This document shows, piece by piece, positions 12,101 to 24,492 of a stretch of 64,000 nt of DNA. The translations under genes and the position numbers were made by a program. The stretch lies in the NCBI RefSeq assembly GCF_964355755.1, contig NC_092677.1, positions 23,609,175-23,673,174 of the forward strand, given 5' to 3'. This DNA is from Antedon mediterranea (taxonomy: Eukaryota > Animalia > Echinodermata). The notes beneath the pieces were generated by a model, which saw nothing but the letters and a program-made list of their open reading frames with translations, had not been told where the DNA came from and did not search any database. Position 1 is the first letter of the stretch. Every line of letters begins with the position of its first letter.

Positions 12101-13246
12101 GCGGATTGTGATGAGAATTTCATACCCCTGGTTTTGCAACTTAATTGTATGAAATATGTTAATAAAAGTTCCATTTGTAGTGAGATGGCATGGAATGGCA
12201 ATGGAAGAGGTATTGCGCACATTTTAGGCATTGATGCCAAATGTACCAATGTTCATGTTAAGCATCTATCGGGTGATTTAATGAATGAAATGATTACAGA
12301 GTGTTCAAATATAGGTGCTGAATTAATGTTAAATGAGCTACAAATCTGCAATAATAATCTCGGCAACATTGATGGTACTTTATTGTCTTCTTTATTGAAT
12401 TTGTCACCTAAGCTGACGGTGATTTCTATGAAGAATTGCAATATATCAGGTGATGTAATAAATAACATGATTGGAGGGTGTTTAAATACAGGAGTTCGAT
12501 TAGCATTAATTTCTTTCAATGTCAATGATAATAATTTCAGCAATATTGATGGTGGTTTACTGTGTTCTTTCTTAATGTTATCTCCTGAGCTGAGGGAGCT
12601 TGATATGGGTAATTGCAAACTATCAGGTAGTGTCATTAATCACATGATCAGAGAGTGTTCAAATAGAAGCGTTCTATTAGGATTAGAATGTCTCAATATC
12701 CATGATAATAATCTCAGCAACATTGATGGTACTTTACTGTGCTCTTTATTGATTATGTCTCCTTGTCTGAGGCGGTTTGACATGAGTAATTGCAATTTGT
12801 CAGGTGAGATAGTGAATCAAATGCTTATGGAGTGTTTACATAGACGAGTTAAACTAAAAACGTTACAAGACCTCTGTTTGAACAAAAATGATCTCAGCAA
12901 TGTAAATGGTATTTTACTGGGACTATTTATTGAAATGTGTATTAAAACAAGTTATTTCCCTAGAATCCATAATTGCAATATTCCATGTAACGTAATAGAT
13001 AACATTGTTGGATGTTTGCATAGAGAAAAGAGAGATAACTTTATAATGGAATATTTTTATGATAATCATGATATACGTGTTATTTTACTACGAAATGCAT
13101 GGGCAGCACTTATTCTTCGTGGATGCTGGATATCTGCAGGATGGCCGTCGGTGGTCTCATATTTCATAATTGATGACCAGTTTTTTTTATTCAAGATAAT
13201 AAGATACATTTCGAAACATCTGAAATATAAGCTACGCGAAAAATGA
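9172..13246 (+). CDS. NLR-type immune receptor: tandem death-effector-like domains, NACHT, LRR. Predicted exons 9172-9709, 10353-10391, 10551-13246 (about 1090 aa)
   Basis: Walker A GEGGIGKTT, Walker B VMLLDGLDE, ILTSR, VKGF and NPMLL NACHT motifs. LRRs of the LxxLxIxxNxL type. Exon 1 has two DED-like helical repeats. All GT-AG junctions are phase 1 and keep the frame; an alternative phase-1 donor lies at 9698. Confidence 0.88.
9817..9911. mobile_element. Tc1/mariner-type (pogo/Tc2-like) MITE in NLR intron
   Basis: TA-CCGTATTTATCCGA ... TCGAATAAATACGG-TA: inverted termini with TA duplication. Confidence 0.7.
12330..13020 (+). repeat. Intragenic 177 bp (59 aa) double-LRR repeat, about 4 units
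   Basis: GATGGT of the NIDG motif recurs at 12371, 12548 and 12725. The protein alternates NNNLxNIDG and NCxLSG repeats. Confidence 0.85.
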
Positions 13247-13535
13247 AAAAGTTATTATTAAGAATAATCTATGGCGAGCCTAAACATGTATAAACTTGAT
13301 TATAATGGACTATAAATGGACTAGTAAGATCCAATAATCCGTGTTCTTTCTCTACAATATGCATTGGCAGTACTTATTTTTGGTGGGTGCTGGATGGCCG
13401 TCTCAAACTTCTTATTTGATAACCAGTTGTTTTTATCCAAGTTGATAAGAAACTCTTTGAAGCGAATGAAATAGGCATGCCTAAAATGGTAAAAAGTTAT
13501 TATTAAGATTAATTTATTTATTGCGAGCCTAAAAC
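13100..13535. repeat. Degenerate tandem duplication spanning the NLR stop codon
   Basis: ggatggccgtc...accagtt.tttt...aaaaagttattattaaga...gcgagcctaaa occurs at ~13100-13290 and ~13365-13535. Confidence 0.7.
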
Positions 13536-14074
13536 TGTTTAATTAAATTTGTTCACTACCATATCAATAATTGAATACATATGACAGGTACAGAATCAAT
13601 TCTAAACCACCAAGTAATATACTGAAAAATTAATTTGAAACAACGATGAGGAAATCTGTAAAATGAGAAAAGTCGCCACAACCCAGATTCTAACCCGGAT
13701 GTCCTAAGCATTAGACCACTTCGGGTATTGATAACATGCTTTTGAAATATAATTTTGTTACTATTGAATAAATATAGAATTATATTTAGAATTATTTGCA
13801 GGACTAAATTCAAATCTTTGTTTTTGTTAATTTTACCTATTTTTAACTAATGAAATTTGGTTGTAGCACTAAAGATATTGTTTTCATTGTATGAATATCA
13901 ATAAATGAAATAAATTCGTTTTTATTGGTCTTGCTTTACTTTTTAAAGGTACTATAGGTAAATATATATTTACGTAGCATTTTCAATCAATGGTATTTAA
14001 AGTTGGTACGGTATGATGTTTAATACCTAATGAAAACCAGTACACTACAATTAAGTTTAGTTAGATAATTAATG

Positions 14075-14332
14075 GCTGTGTTAAAAGCGGCGTTTGAAAG
14101 CGAGGCCCTGGCTAGGAAGGTAGGCCTATGCTATCACCAGAGCCAAGCGATTCAGAAGGGCCTCGCGTCACGAGACAGGGGAGGGATCGGAGAGAGATAC
14201 TGCTGGTCGTCGTCTTCGCGCAGGGTGCGTAACTAATAAAACTGCTATGTTGACTGGATATGACTTTACGCTCTAGCGATCACAGGGTATTCGTCGTCCT
14301 CCCTTAACCGTCGTGTTTCGTAAAGTCCCTAT
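14075..14332. mobile_element. Unclassified GC-richer fragment, possibly LTR-derived
   Basis: Abrupt GC/CpG rise with an internal AATAAA, joined directly to block X. No TSD or partner LTR found. Confidence 0.25.
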
Positions 14333-15271
14333 GGTGTTCACGTGACAATACTTGTATAATTGCTCTATTATTTCTCAAAACACATGTAATTCAATCGGAA
14401 ACGCCTTGTTTTTATGAAATATACAACTTGAATATCTATGATATAATTGTTATTTTAGGCGTAAAATAGTGACGAGAGTAATAAGTGACAATTGTCTGAT
14501 TGACAGATGTTATCAACTTTATGGTATTGGTAATTTAAATATGTTGCATTTTCATTTCATATTCAGATATACTGAACTAAAAAGAAAGTATGCTTCGGAA
14601 AAAATATATGTTTAAATTAAATTGTATTTCGTGAATAGATTGTATTACACATTACTTACTATTCCATGGAACAGGTTTAAATGGCAATACACTGATTAAC
14701 ACGGTGCGTCTGTACTTTTCTTAAATGAAATGGTCTAAAGATTGTTCTGTATACTGTGGTAACTTACTATTTAATTGGAACCATTCATATACCGTAATTT
14801 TTTTTCAGAGTAGCAACTTCAGTATACAAATTTACACGGCTCGCCAGTTTGTTTCTTAAATAGAATGGTATAATATATATAAATAATATGTCTGATAATG
14901 CGAAAGCATGTATGAGACTTTGACTGGCCACGTTCAAGTAGAGATATTATTATAGTGACTATAATCTTATAGGTTTATCCTGTATATTTGTTATGTTATA
15001 CTTTTATTTTTTTAAAATATTTATTTGATCGATGAAAGTCTGACATGAATTTCCGAAAGGACTCAAATAAATATAAATTTAATACGAATACATTATAGTA
15101 ACTTATGACATAAAGCTTATAAGCACACATCGAAAGAAACAAAACGAATAAGTAATGAGAGCTCAGAAAATAAATTTATTTAAAAAAACCTGTTATCTAA
15201 AATAAATTGTATATACTATTATTTACATGACTATGTAAGAAGTAACAATTAAAAACGTTCTCAAAGTTTAA

Positions 15272-15960
15272 TCAGCAAGTTCTATGACTATGTAACAATA
15301 AGTTGTTATTACAAGACACGTGATTAGATGCTGGCTGGAGTTTAGCAGTAAGTTGATAACTGGTGACGTCTGTCCAGTAGTCTGGTGATATACTTAAGAA
15401 GTTGTAGTTGAAGACTTCACTGCATTTCATTTCTTGATTAATAGCACCTTCTTCGTTTTGTATGATGAGAGATTGAGAATCGTCTAACATGGCTGGAAAA
15501 AACCCCAAATATTATAAGATAAAAGCAAAATTGAATATCTTTCAGTAATTTCGGATCCTTAAAGTAAAAATGAATACATTTTAAGGAAGATAAATTCCAA
15601 AAAATATATAAACAAGTACTTACAAGGAAATCCCATTTGAAGCTCACGTAATAAATCGGCATCACTGCCGTCACTGGTCTCACAGTCGCTATCACTGGTA
15701 TAGTCGTCATCGCTGACCTCACATTCGTCACATGTCATTAACACATCGGGAGACTCATACACTGATGTTATTGAATCACTTTGTAGATGTGGAAAGTAGA
15801 TTCTAAGATCTGAATCCATTTCAGTTTGTAGAAGATCTTCTCTTGACAAATACGGTAGTGGACTGTCATCTTCTTCGATGTCATCTTGGAAGGTTGTAGA
15901 ATACATTTCATACCACTGGAGTCTTTCATGGCAACTAATTGAAGATGTTCCTGTATTCAT
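15272..15960 (-). CDS. Orphan acidic protein, copy 2 (exons 15960-15624 and 15492-15272, about 185 aa)
   Basis: GTAAGT donor and TTTTCCAG acceptor at the same positions as copy 1; frame intact. Confidence 0.75.
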
Positions 15961-16836
15961 TGTAGTACTATTTACTCGTTAATTTCAGGATACGACGTTA
16001 TTTAAACTGATCTTAATTATGAAGATCATTGAGATTTTTACGATATAACAGTTGTAGGTCTAATGACAAATTGATAAAAAAACTCCACAGAACACTCGTT
16101 TTTATCACGTGGTGGTCCTTTACGCTGTTGTTTTATCATAATGTGTTAGCCAATCAAAATGTGTGAAAATGCGCGGTTTCCTAAATCGGTCGCCGCATGA
16201 CGTTTGATGATAACTTTAACAATAGAAATATAAAACAATAGGCCTAGATATGAACTCTTTGTTATATTGAAAAACAGATTAGCAATAAAAATTAAAACAT
16301 ATTTAATTATAAAAAGGTATTTAAGTTCAGTCTAGTTTTTTTTATATGGAATACTTAATATAAAAATACTATTGTTGATAAATATAAAGAAATCCGTATT
16401 ACGTCCACATTTAAGTCAGTAAATAATAGTAAGTAATTAAATGAATACATTTGCTACTAAAAATACCTAATATTTAAAATTACTATACAGATACTTATAG
16501 AAACTTATCTTCTAATTTTAGATATAAATCTAGTATATAGTTCAAAAAACGTACCGTTAAATTTGTTGTGCGCCATTGCATGAATAATTTATTTTATTTT
16601 GGCCTACTATTTTGCTCCGTCATTATCTTTCAATTTGATTTTAATTTAATAATAATTTTAATTTATATCACATATTTTTATTCTAATTAACTTTCGTTCT
16701 AATGATTTATTACCAAGTCATATATATTTTAAAATCGTATTACGTTGTATTAAGTTCCTTATTCGTTTTGCTTCCAATATGTAAGTTGATTTTTGTACAA
16801 TAAATAAGTAAAATAAAAAATTCCTTGTCTTTTAAA

Positions 16837-17168
16837 TTGATTGATTGATTGATTGAATTGATTGAAATATATATTTATACTGGGTAACCTCTTCAGTCAA
16901 TGACTGGTCTCCCAGAGGGCCCAGTTGGTGATCAGTGGCTGTGATGTACTAATACACCGGGGTAACCCCCTACTCGTCTCGAAAGATGTACTAGGTTCTT
17001 TAAAGTGCACACGAGCCAGATGTGTACACTGGACCTACGGTTTATAGTCCTTATCCGAGAAGACTCGTTCTACCACCAGAACCATGGAGTGAGTGAGCCT
17101 CGAACCCCTGCCGTTGTTATGGCTAGGTAATTACGGTTCCACTGTCTTAACCGCTCGGCCACTCACTC
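16837..17168 (-). mobile_element. tRNA-derived SINE with Deu-domain-like core and LINE-like tail
   Basis: Minus strand: A box TGGCCGAGCGG, B box GGTTCGAGGC, core ctcggataaggactataaaccgtaggtcc...taaagaacc...gagtagggggttaccccggtgt resembling the DeuSINE domain, then a stem-loop and (TCAA)n tail. Confidence 0.85.
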
Positions 17169-17193
17169 ATTAAGAACAACGTTTATCAATGTA

Positions 17194-17266
17194 GCCCAGT
17201 TAGCTCAGTTGGTAGAGCATCAGACTTTTAATCTGAGGGTCAAGGGTTCAAGTCCCTTATTGGGCG
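17194..17266 (+). tRNA. tRNA-Lys(UUU), intact-looking dispersed copy
   Basis: GCCCAGT/ATTGGGC acceptor stem, full D, anticodon and T stems, intact A and B boxes, followed by a T-run terminator. Confidence 0.85.
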
Positions 17267-17281
17267 TATTTTTTTTAAATA

Positions 17282-17848
17282 TGACAACATGAAATTCCTT
17301 TTTAAAAGGGAAAGGTTTATATGTCTTAATGTATAAATATTAAATAAATAATTCTAAATATAATTGTTATATTAAATAAATATAACAATTATATTTATAA
17401 TTATTTGTGTATTCATTTAAGTAAATCTATATTCCGGGCATATTGGTTAATTTTACCAATTGTTAACTACTTTACATGATATAGTTTTATTTTGGTTATA
17501 CCACTAAATATATTAATTTTCATTGTGTAACTAATTGATACCAATAAATGAAGATTTATAAGATCATTTTTGACAACATGTAATTCCTTTTTAAAATATA
17601 AGATCGAGGATTTAAATGTCTTAATGTATAAATATTAAATAAATAATTCTAAATATAATTGTTATATTAAATAAATATAACAATAATAGTTATAATTATT
17701 TGTATATTAATTTTGGTAAATCTATATTCCAGGCATATTGGTTAATTTTACCAATTGTTAACAACTTTACATGGTATAGTTTTATTTTGGTTGTACCACT
17801 AAATATATTATTTTTAGTGTGAGATTAATACCAATAAATAAAGATTTA
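17282..17848. repeat. Tandem duplication, ~289 bp period
   Basis: tgacaacatg...ataccaataaat.aagattta starts at 17282 and 17571. Confidence 0.85.
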
Positions 17849-18970
17849 AAACTATCGTGCCAAAATAGAATGTCGCTGTATTATTATTTTTCTTAGCCCA
17901 GTCCCACCCACAGTATTGTGTTCACATGACAATACTTGTATTGTTCTAATATTAATTGGCAAAACACATGCACTTCAATCGGAAACGCCTTGCTTTTATG
18001 AAATATACAACTGGAATATCTATGATATAATTGTTTTTTTGGGCGTAAAATAGTGACGAGAGTAATAATTGACAATTGTCTGATTGACAGATGTTATTAT
18101 TGTACCTTATAAATCATGGCCTTACATTAGTTAAAGGTATTTAATATAAAATAATAATTATAACGATTATTTATTACTACAAAATGCAGCAGCGTAACTT
18201 AAACTACAAAAAATATTTTAATGTACAATCCGATTGGGCAATAACTTTATGGTATTGGTAATTTACGTTTAAATATGTTCCATTTTTATTTCATTTTATA
18301 TTCAGATATACTGAACTAAAAAGAAAGATGCTTCGGAAAAATATATGTTTAAATTAAATTGTATTTTGTGAATAGATTGTATTACACATTACTTACTATT
18401 GCATGGAACAGGTTTATATGGCAAGTGGCAACTGATTAATAGATTGTTCTATATACAGTACTATGGTAACTTATACTATTTAATTGGTACAATTTATATA
18501 CCGTAATTTTTTTTCAGAGTAGCAACTTCAGTATATTACTCGGTGGCTCGCCAGTTCGTTTCTTAAATAGAATGGTATAATATATAAATAATATGTCTGA
18601 TAATGCGAAAGCATGTATGGGACTTTACCTGGCCACGTTCAAGTAGAGATATTATTACAGTGACTATAATCTTATAGGTTTATCCTGTATATTTGTTATG
18701 TTTTCATAATTTCATTAAAAAAAAAATATTTATTTGAGCGATAAAAGTCTGACATGAATTTCCGAAAAGACTCAAATAAATCTGAATACATTATAGTAAC
18801 TTATGACATAATGCTTATAAGCACACATCGAAAGAAACAAAACGAATAAGTAATGAGAGCTCAGAAAATAAATTTATTTAAAAAAACCTGTTATCTAAAA
18901 TATACTTTATATAACTATTATTTACATGACTATGTAAGAAGTAACAATTAAAAACGTTCTCAAAGTTTAA

Positions 18971-19682
18971 TCAGCAAGTTCTATGACTATGTAAACATAA
19001 ATTGTTATTATAAGACACGTGATTAGATGCTGGCTGGAATTTAGTAAGTTGATAACTGGTGACGCCTGTCCAGTAGTCTGGTGATATGCTTAAGAAGTTG
19101 TAGTTGAAGACTTCACTCCATTCCATTTCTTGATCAATAGCACCTTCTTCGTTTTGTGTGATGAGAGATTGAGAATCGTCTAACATGGCTGGAAAAGAAA
19201 AAAAATATTATAAAATAAAAAAAAATATATAAAAAATTGAATATCTTTCAGATAATTTCTGATCTTTAAAGTAAAAATGAGTACATTTTAACATTTTAAG
19301 AAATATAAATTTCGAAAATATCTTAAAAGAGAAAAAAAAAGTACTTACAAGGACATCCCAATTGAAGCTCACGTAATAAATCGGCATTGTCGTCACTGGT
19401 CTCACAGTCGCTATCACTGGTATAGTCGTCATCGCTGACCTCACATTCGTCACATGTCATTAACACATCGGGAGACTCACACACTGACGTTATTGAATCA
19501 CTTTGTAGATGTGGAAAGTAGATTCTAAGATCTGAATCCATTTCAGTTTGTAGAAGATCTTCTCTTGACAAATACGGTAGTGGACTGTCATCTTCTTCGA
19601 TGTCATCTTGGAAGGTTGTAGAATACATTTCATACCACTGGAGTCTTTCATGGCAACTAATTGAAGATGTTCCTGTATTCAT
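18971..19682 (-). CDS. Orphan acidic protein, copy 3 (exons 19682-19349 and 19188-18971, about 183 aa)
   Basis: Same splice signals; indels relative to the other copies are whole codons. Confidence 0.75.
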
Positions 19683-20556
19683 TGTAGTATTTACTTTGCA
19701 CAATACGTAAAACTTATCGTAATTATGCAGATCGTTGAGATTTTTACGTTATAGCAGTTGAAAGTCTAATGACAAATTGGTAAAAACTGCACAGATCACT
19801 TGTTTTTATCACGGGGATGTCTCTTACGCTATTGTTTTATCATAATTTGTTATCCAATCAAAATGTGTGAAAATGCGCGGTTTCCTTAATCGGTCGCGGC
19901 ATGACGTTTAATGATAGAGCCACTTTAACAATAGAAATATAAAACAATAGATATTACCTAGTTATTATAATTGCGTTCAAACAGATAAAATTAAGAAAAA
20001 CTAAGCAATACTTAATTTTTAAAACTTATACTTGAAATGGAATACTTAAAATAAAAAAGATTTAAAATGGAATTTTTGATAGAAGTATGTGATATGTATT
20101 TATATGCATTTTAATGTTTATACACATTTTATTCTAAATGTTTGCAATAGGAGACCTACTAGATAGTGATTATGTTCGCGGCTTTTAAGGAATTCTGTTT
20201 CTGCATGGTTTTGTGTGATGTTTTCTTGTTGTTTGTCCACATTTTTTGATATTATATTTTTATGGAGACATGAAATGAAATGTAACTTTCTGTACCATAG
20301 AAACTTCAAACCTCTTTTCTCTTTTTTCGGATCGTTTGTTTCATTTTAACTAAAAATCATACATTATAATAATACTACAAATTGTCTATGTGCTGTTTTA
20401 GCCTTTTTTTATTTGTTTTTTTGTCCTTATTTTTGTTTTAGTTATTTTCTCTTATCTATTATATTACACAAATATCACATATTTTTATATTTATAATACC
20501 ACAATATATCACGTTATGTCCTTTACATTTTACTTCTGATTCTTAGTTCTAAATTT

Positions 20557-21273
20557 AACAAGGCCATATAGATGGCTGCAGTCGCGTGCTTAGTGTTTAC
20601 CGACCGACCGACCAACCTACCAACTGACCGAAATTACTGAACATGTTTAAAAATGTTGAAATGTAAAATGAAAATGTTGTTGAAATTTACACGTGCGTAG
20701 CCTGTCACTTTTGACGTGCTCGTATAACGTAATTTCGAGTTGAAAAGTAAGTCAAGAAAACAGAAATCGGGCAAAAAGAGTGCGCAATAACATTTAACGC
20801 GCAGTGCGCGCGCAAAAATCTGCGCACTCATGGCAATTTTTTAAACGCTTAAAATTGCCTGAAACGTACTCTTATTTCATCGAAAATAAATTTTGAAAAT
20901 TTTAAGCGCGCGTACGCATGCGTTACATGCGCTACGCACGTAATTGTATTGCCATATGATGATTTATGCCCTGAAATTTATGAGTACCAAATTTTATTTA
21001 ATTGTGATTCATGGTTGTGAAGATATGATTACAAACGTGATTTCGTTAAATCGTGCGTAGACCGCGTAATTTTTTATTGCGCACCGTGAAAACATAACCA
21101 CATCGATTCCTGGCCATAAGGAATAACCTGTGAAAAATTGACTTAGCTAGATTAAACTGATATCAAGATAAGGTCAGAAAGCGATAAAACGCATAGTGAT
21201 ACCGGACCGACAGACAGACCGACAGACCGACCGACCGACATAGTGAACTATAGTGTCGCTTCCACGCGACTAA
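20557..21273 (-). mobile_element. Non-autonomous Helentron-associated element (HINE/DINE-1-like), ~717 bp
   Basis: Minus strand begins TTAGTCGCGTGGAAGCGAC, has a (GTCG/GTCT)n microsatellite, an inverted subterminal CACGCGACT and a terminal hairpin GCCAT...ATGGCCTTGTT. Confidence 0.75.
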
Positions 21274-22124
21274 TAAATTGTGAATATTACTGTTTCTTAT
21301 TTTCCTTTTATTTTCTTCTAATCTCATGATTTGTAAATTGTAAAACAAGCTATAGAAATTATTTCATTGACTGCATGATTTTTAACACAAAAATAATATC
21401 AACGTTTGACATTTTACTAATGTTTACCTTTTCAAATCTATGGTTGCATCTCATAAGCATTGTATATTCGATTCGGTCGATTTATCAAATTTTACTACAA
21501 ATTCCGGTCATCAAATCACCTATTTTACGCAGTAAATCCCGGTTTTCAACTGGGATGAGAGAGCATTAGGCTGTTTTTATTCAGAACATGACATCTATTA
21601 GTAAATCCATATTTTGTTTGTTTGCCTTTATTGGTAATTTTACCAATTTTTTTCTAAATTGATTCCTTTATCTGTTTTTATTTTTGTTGCACCACTAAAG
21701 ACTATGTGATAATAAATGAAAAAAAAAGTTTTTTAACCGGGTGTGTTGATCTTTAACCTAAAAAAGCGAATGTAATTGTTTGTAGTTCTGTTTGTCCACA
21801 TTATACAAGAGGCATTGTGTTCACATCACAATAACTTTTATTGTGTTATTATTTTGTAAAGACACATTCAATTAAATCGGAAACGCCTTGCTTTTGTCAT
21901 GGATGAATAATACAACTGAAATATTTAAGCTATGACTTTTATTTGCGTATATTAACAATTATTTGATTGACATATGTTATATCTTTACAGTTATAATTAT
22001 TCTTTAAATTTAACTTTTATTTAATAAATAGAAATTAATTTAAAGATATCTAGAAATAAAATACTGTAGTAGAGAATCACTGCGAATTCCATTCGTACAA
22101 TATCTTTAATATTAACTTTAGGCT

Positions 22125-22499
22125 TCATAAAGGTAACGTATACATTGAATTGTATGGCGTTCGCTTAAAGGTTCCGCTCCAAGTTACCTGAGAGATATTC
22201 TTACTGTGCGGAATGTTTCTCGCAGTACTCGTTCAAGCACCAGCAATTATAACCTGACAATCCCATGAACTAAACGAAAGACATTTGCTGACCGTTCGTT
22301 CGCCGTAGCAGGACCCAAAATTTGGAACAGATTACCAAGTCACATTAAACACTTAGACGACTATAATCAGTTTAAAAAACATTTAAAAGCACTATATTTC
22401 AAACAATGTTACGATACTAATTGATGTGAAGCGCCGCTGATTATAATTAAATGTTGTATAAATGTGCGCTATACAAGTAATAATAATAATAATAATAAT
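22125..22499 (+). mobile_element. 5'-truncated L2-clade LINE (ORF2 C-terminus plus tail)
   Basis: Translates LKGSAPSYLRDIL...RSTRSS...LTIP*TKRKTFADRSFAVAGPKIWNRLP...FKKHLKALYF, then aagcgc...gcgctatacaag and (TAA)n. Confidence 0.85.
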
Positions 22500-23526
22500 C
22501 GGAGCAGCTGCTTACAATAATAATTCATAATCATGGATATAGCACTGCACTATATTATTTACTTTCTTCTCTTTAGTTTGTTTATGTTTTGCCTATGTTT
22601 TGATAAAAGCACTGCCTTAAAAACGACACAATTAATAACACATAACATAGAGAAACAAATAACTATCACAAACCATTGATATTATTTTTTATTTATTCCA
22701 ATAAATGTAACAGCACGTATATATATTTTCCCTTTATCGAAAAAAACCTCTTTCATAGTCATGTATACTACACTATTTACTTCCTATATAGGAGCACTTC
22801 CATTCTGTATTTGAAGTTTATGTTTACAAACTTATATTGTATAATAAATAAAACAAATATATATAACTATACGCAAAATAACTAAAAATACACAAATAAT
22901 TTCACGTTGGCATGCTCCAATCAACATTATGTACAGCACCAATACAGTTGCGTTATTATGTTTTAAATACTTTATTATTCTGAATTCAGTGTAGACATTT
23001 TAGACAAATTATTGAAAATAAAAAACATATATTAAATTATCTAATTAAAGTACATGAATCTAAGTACAATATAGTAAACGGTTAAGTTTGGTATTTAACT
23101 TTTTGTTCTACAATGGTATTTTTGTATTTGCATTTTAACAAAATGTTATAATTATTTGTACAAATACTTATTACTCACTATATACAATACACATTAGTAA
23201 CATTTGTTAGAATTGTCTATAAACATCACACAAACGGGAGTTTCCCCTACTATTCAGGAATACAACATTTGTACAATTATTGTACAATGGATTATAATTG
23301 TGTTTTTAATACCGTTTTATGAGTGTAGACATTTCAGAGAATTAAAAAAAATAAAAAAATAACTTTTTATACAGTATATACAGTAGATAACATAAAACAA
23401 GTATAAATACAATATATTTGAAACGATGAACAATACAGGATGTGTTTCGATCGGAGCAGTGCCTATAATAATTATTACTGTGGTACATACGTGTATTAAA
23501 TCACTATATAAAAAGTACATCGAGTT

Positions 23527-23747
23527 TTAATGTCGAGTAGCCATCATGTCATTGTTCCTATGCAAAGAGATATGATATGGATGAGTAGCAAATACTGGTG
23601 ACGGCGAGTCAGATTTACCGCCACTTTCGATTACTTGTTGATGGAATGAATATGCATTCAAAGTGGCCTGATTAGATTGAGCGAAGTATCTTGTGATGTA
23701 GAATCTGTAACAGTTGATGGAGCACTTGTCTGTTTTCTGGAAGTTTG
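23527..23747 (-). other. Possible isolated terminal exon of unknown gene
   Basis: Polypyrimidine acceptor TTGTTTTCTCTAG followed by balanced-composition sequence with an open frame ending …SPSPVFATHPYHISLHRNNDMMATRH. No upstream partner exon identified. Confidence 0.25.
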
Positions 23748-23958
23748 CTAGAGAAAACAACAGAGTAAAGGGTTAAAACACATTTAAAGGTCAAATTATA
23801 GGAAACATGCCAACATTATTCTACTGAAGTTACTGTATAGTAATGACGTTTATTTTACAATACGTAATTTTAGTTTTCTTTCAATCATAGACGTGCAGAT
23901 ATAGTGATATCTCTATATTATTTCCCTGGTATAAGGAAGTCACTGCAGTGTGTATGGT

Positions 23959-24066
23959 TTTTAGTCGCGTGGACGCGACTCTATAGTTCACTATGTCGGT
24001 CGGTCTGTCTGTCGGTCCGGTATCACTATGCGTTTTAGCACGCGACTTATGGCTGTTGGCCTTGTT
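23959..24066 (+). mobile_element. Internally deleted copy of the same HINE family (~108 bp)
   Basis: ttagtcgcgtggacgcgactctatagttcactatgtcggtcggtctgtctgtcggtccggtatcactatgcgtttta...cacgcgact...ggccttgtt matches both ends of the 20557-21273 element. Confidence 0.8.
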
Positions 24067-24492
24067 TAATGAATGCTTGCTTAATAATTGCATACTGTAA
24101 AGATATGCAAAAAGGTAGAAGGCCTACTGCAGTGGAATAATATTGACAAACGAATTGAATTAATCACCCGGTTACATTATTAACATAGACCTACATAGAA
24201 GGCATACAATAAATTACATTTTAAAACGTCACGATACTGTTGCATACAAGTCAAAAAAAAAATCTCACATTATATTATTTATTAAACAAAACACCAATAT
24301 ATGACTGGAAATGTTGTTTATAATCAACACGTTAACCATGAAATATGAAAATAAAAACAAAGAACGAGAAAACATATGAAACCATTTACTTAAAAATATA
24401 TATAGATTTGAATCAGTATTTCAATCAATGTACTGTATAATATTATTTTAAAGAGAAATGTCTCAATCTAGAAGAAAATGTATAACCATGGA

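Noticed and set aside
10579-12636. Minus-strand ORFs inside the NLR exon
   Set aside because: Antisense shadows of a long coding frame with no recognisable motifs.
15438-15731. Alternative-frame ORF MTNVRSAM… (also 19208-19453)
   Set aside because: Overlaps orphan exon 1 in another frame and runs into non-conserved intron.
23236-23245. NF-kB-like site GGGAGTTTCC
   Set aside because: A single 10-mer far from any supported promoter; expected by chance.
20118-23520. Assorted 60-70 aa ORFs
   Set aside because: AT-rich or transposon-derived sequence without motifs or splice support.
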